A program made the translations under genes and the position numbers. The notes under the pieces were generated by a model. That model saw only the letters and a program-made list of their open reading frames with translations, had not been told where the DNA came from and made no database searches. DNA of 63,946 nt, counting the filler, from Octopus bimaculoides (lineage: Eukaryota), in assembly GCF_001194135.2 (NCBI RefSeq). It is 6 parts of 6 records of this genome, joined end to end, with 100 filler letters (N's around TTAATTAATTAA, not from the genome) between each part and the next. Parts side by side here need not be neighbours in the genome. Positions count along the whole stretch, not along the records: positions 61,427 to 63,946 come from NC_068983.1; 5 more parts are not named here. The stretch is one strand, 5' to 3'. Below, in pieces: positions 61,810-63,946 of the stretch. The stretch's first letter is position 1. Each line of letters starts with the position of its first letter.

Positions 61810-61810
<1 letters not shown>
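61736..61810 (+). mobile_element. Short tRNA-derived SINE with (TAA)n tail (right member of an inverted pair)
   Basis: GGGCATGTGGCGTAGTGGCTAAGAGCGTTGCTACTAACCCCAAGATTCCAAGTTCAATTCTAGG...(AAT)n. Confidence 0.85.
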
Positions 61811-61851
<41 letters not shown>

Positions 61852-61861
61852 NNNNNNNNNN

Positions 61862-61906
<45 letters not shown>

Positions 61907-61955
61907 CATTGCAAAATAATTCAGGAGCGAGAACTCAGGTTTGAAATTTCTTCAA

Positions 61956-62001
61956 GACACCTGATGAAAGCTGGAGGGTATATCAGCCGAAATGTTATGT
62001 T
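61956..62001 (+). ncRNA. Decayed minimal type I hammerhead motif, copy 1
   Basis: GACAC-CTGATGA-A-AGCTG(gagggtatat)CAGCC-GAA-ATGT-T-ATGTT. Confidence 0.6.
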
Positions 62002-62024
62002 AACAACAAACAAGATCAGGAGAA

Positions 62025-62428
62025 ATAACCAGTTGCGCATGTCACTTGGTGGCTGACGATATGTGCATCTCTGATCATGAACAGAAGTAGTTGGGGAGCA
62101 TCATAGCCATGTGTTGAGAGGAATTCTTTGGGGTTTGAATAATTTACCTTTGGAAACATGGGTGTTTTGCTCAATGTCCTTAAACAAACCTTATTCAGGG
62201 ACCTTTTGGGTGGGACAGGCTACTCAACCTGAAGAAAATTCTAACTGGGCCCCACCTGCAAGGTCATGCGCTGTTTATCTTGATATGAGATCACCATGTC
62301 GCACACTTATGGTTGTGATGCATGTGTTTTGTGTACCCTTATCAGATGGGTAGCCATGTTGGGTATAATGGGCTTCATATATTTTACCCCAGCGTGACTT
62401 TGATGGCCTGCACTGTTCTCTCACTCAA
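62025..62428 (+). mobile_element. Family F non-autonomous retroelement with (TAA)n(CAA)n tail
   Basis: Reverse complement of 47442-47621 at its 3' end; overlaps the reverse complement of 63478-63520 at its 5' end. Confidence 0.85.
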
Positions 62429-62507
62429 TAATAATAATAATAATAACAACAACAACAACATCGAAAGATGCTTTAAGAATGAGAACACCAGTTCAAAATT
62501 TCCCCAA

Positions 62508-62553
62508 GACACCTGATGAAGGCTGGAGGGTATATCAGCCTAAATGTTGTGTT
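62508..62553 (+). ncRNA. Decayed minimal type I hammerhead motif, copy 2
   Basis: GACAC-CTGATGA-A-GGCTG(gagggtatat)CAGCC-TAA-ATGT-T-GTGTT; G12 changed to U. Confidence 0.6.
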
Positions 62554-62718
62554 AACAACAAACAAGATGAGGACAAATATCCGTCAAATGTAAATAATGT
62601 ACATAATTCTTCATCTCTTAAATATAGAACTGTACATCATCCATGTGGTTGTTCAGCTAGAAATTGCAGAACCCTCATAAATCATCTAGTTATAATAAAG
62701 TCCATGATATCTTTATGA

Positions 62719-62825
<107 letters not shown>

Positions 62826-63371
62826 GTTCCTAATTAACTCAGTAGCATCAATCAAGTAATTTACTTGTTTTGAAGACTTAAGTATATTTATTTTTTTTCC
62901 TTTCTAATTCATTTAACAGTTTATATCTGAAAATTTTAATCTATAATCTGGCGTCTCAGTGCAATAATATTTTTTGTTTTTTATTAATTCTATTATTTTT
63001 AGTAGTCTGAGTCTCATTTGCATCGAAAATATTTTATCACACTGCAAGGTATCTGACTATTAAGGTGAGGACAAGCTTTTGTGAACAAAATAAATTTGAG
63101 ACAACTGTCTGCACTGGATCCCTTTTTAAGATCTTCATCAGCAGCTAATTGTCTTTCATTCAATCTGAAAATTTTGATTGCAGGTGATTTAATGCCCGTA
63201 CTCACAGCATCTTAGATCTCCAAGTCATACACATTAATTTAATGCTACCTTTATCAGATTGTTGCTTTAGATAATATTGTATTTCGCGTTCATATTGCAG
63301 CATTTTAAATATCGTTATTGCCATCACTATGATTATGATTATAATTGTCATTATCATTATTATTATTACTA

Positions 63372-63470
63372 TTAGGGTGGTGAGCTGGCAGAAGCATTAG
63401 CATGCCGAGCAAAATGCTTAGCTGTATTTCATCTGTCTTATGTTCTGAGTTCAAATTCCACTGAGGTCGA
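63372..63470 (+). mobile_element. SINE family B 5' half
   Basis: GGTGAGCTGGCAGAAGCATTAGCATGCCGAGCAAAATGCTTAGC...GAGTTCAAATTCCACTGAGGTCG. Confidence 0.88.
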
Positions 63471-63477
63471 AATACTA

Positions 63478-63620
63478 TGCACATATTGTCAGCTACCAAG
63501 GGACATGCTCAACTGGTTAAGGTCAAGCAAATCTGTGGTATGTGGGGCTGGCCAGATTGGAGCAATATCGAAAATAACCAGCCGAAATTGCAAGGATAAT
63601 CTGGATCTTGACTGAAGAGA
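63478..63620 (-). mobile_element. Family F upstream portion
   Basis: CACATATTGTCAGCTACCAAGGGACATGCTCAACTGGTTA matches the reverse complement of 62025-62065. Confidence 0.65.
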
Positions 63621-63738
63621 GAAAACTCCGAATGACCTTTCCATGTTTTATTTGTATCGTCTATCTGTATGTTTCGTCCCTTTCTTGCATCACCTAACTC
63701 TCTGGATGTTTTGCGTCCTTGTCCCATTCTGTATTGTT

Positions 63739-63798
<60 letters not shown>

Positions 63799-63946
63799 AG
63801 GTTGAGGAGGGTATTGGATTTAACCAAACCCAGGAGGATACAGGTAATACCGAGTAAGTGCTGTATACCGGCTAGTTTGCCCCAGTCGTTGTATGAACAG
63901 GATTGGGTATTAGAAGTCGTGTATTAGCGTGTGTGTATGTAAATAT

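Noticed and set aside
63611-63636. CTGAAGA-GAG(aaaa)CTC-C-GAATG
   Set aside because: Extra C before GAA, U at 15.1, and no helix III or helix I.

Overview
AT-rich, gap-ridden eukaryotic scaffold (many N-runs, five artificial 44N-TTAATTAATTAA-44N joins), made almost entirely of repeats. The SINE families and microsatellite density suggest an octopus (coleoid cephalopod) genome; this is inferred from recognised repeat sequences, not from a search. No host protein-coding gene can be supported; most supplied ORFs are microsatellite or gap read-through. Supported content: >35 copies of several tRNA-headed SINE families (labelled A-F here); decayed LINE fragments (L1/Tx1-type, RTE, CR1/L2-type, R4/Dong-type); decayed DNA-transposon ORFs (hAT Buster/Charlie-type, Tc1, maT-like mariner); hAT and mariner MITEs with TIRs/TSDs; and Helentron-associated non-autonomous elements. 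The most notable signal, absent from the ORF track, is a set of type I hammerhead ribozyme motifs from several apparently unrelated sequence families. Two have a complete catalytic core, a 59-nt helix II arm and a (near-)palindromic helix III (57767-57855 +, 26823-26910 -). There is also a decayed direct pair 552 nt apart (61956-62553) and a minimal U4C variant (13900-13934). Other candidates: an ORF with a 2A/StopGo-like NPGP motif beside a ~300-bp fold-back, a head-to-head tRNA-SINE dimer inside a (TAA)n cluster of nested elements, and SINE-flanking duplications of 33 and >=64 bp. All alignments and folds were done by eye; activity and novelty are untested.
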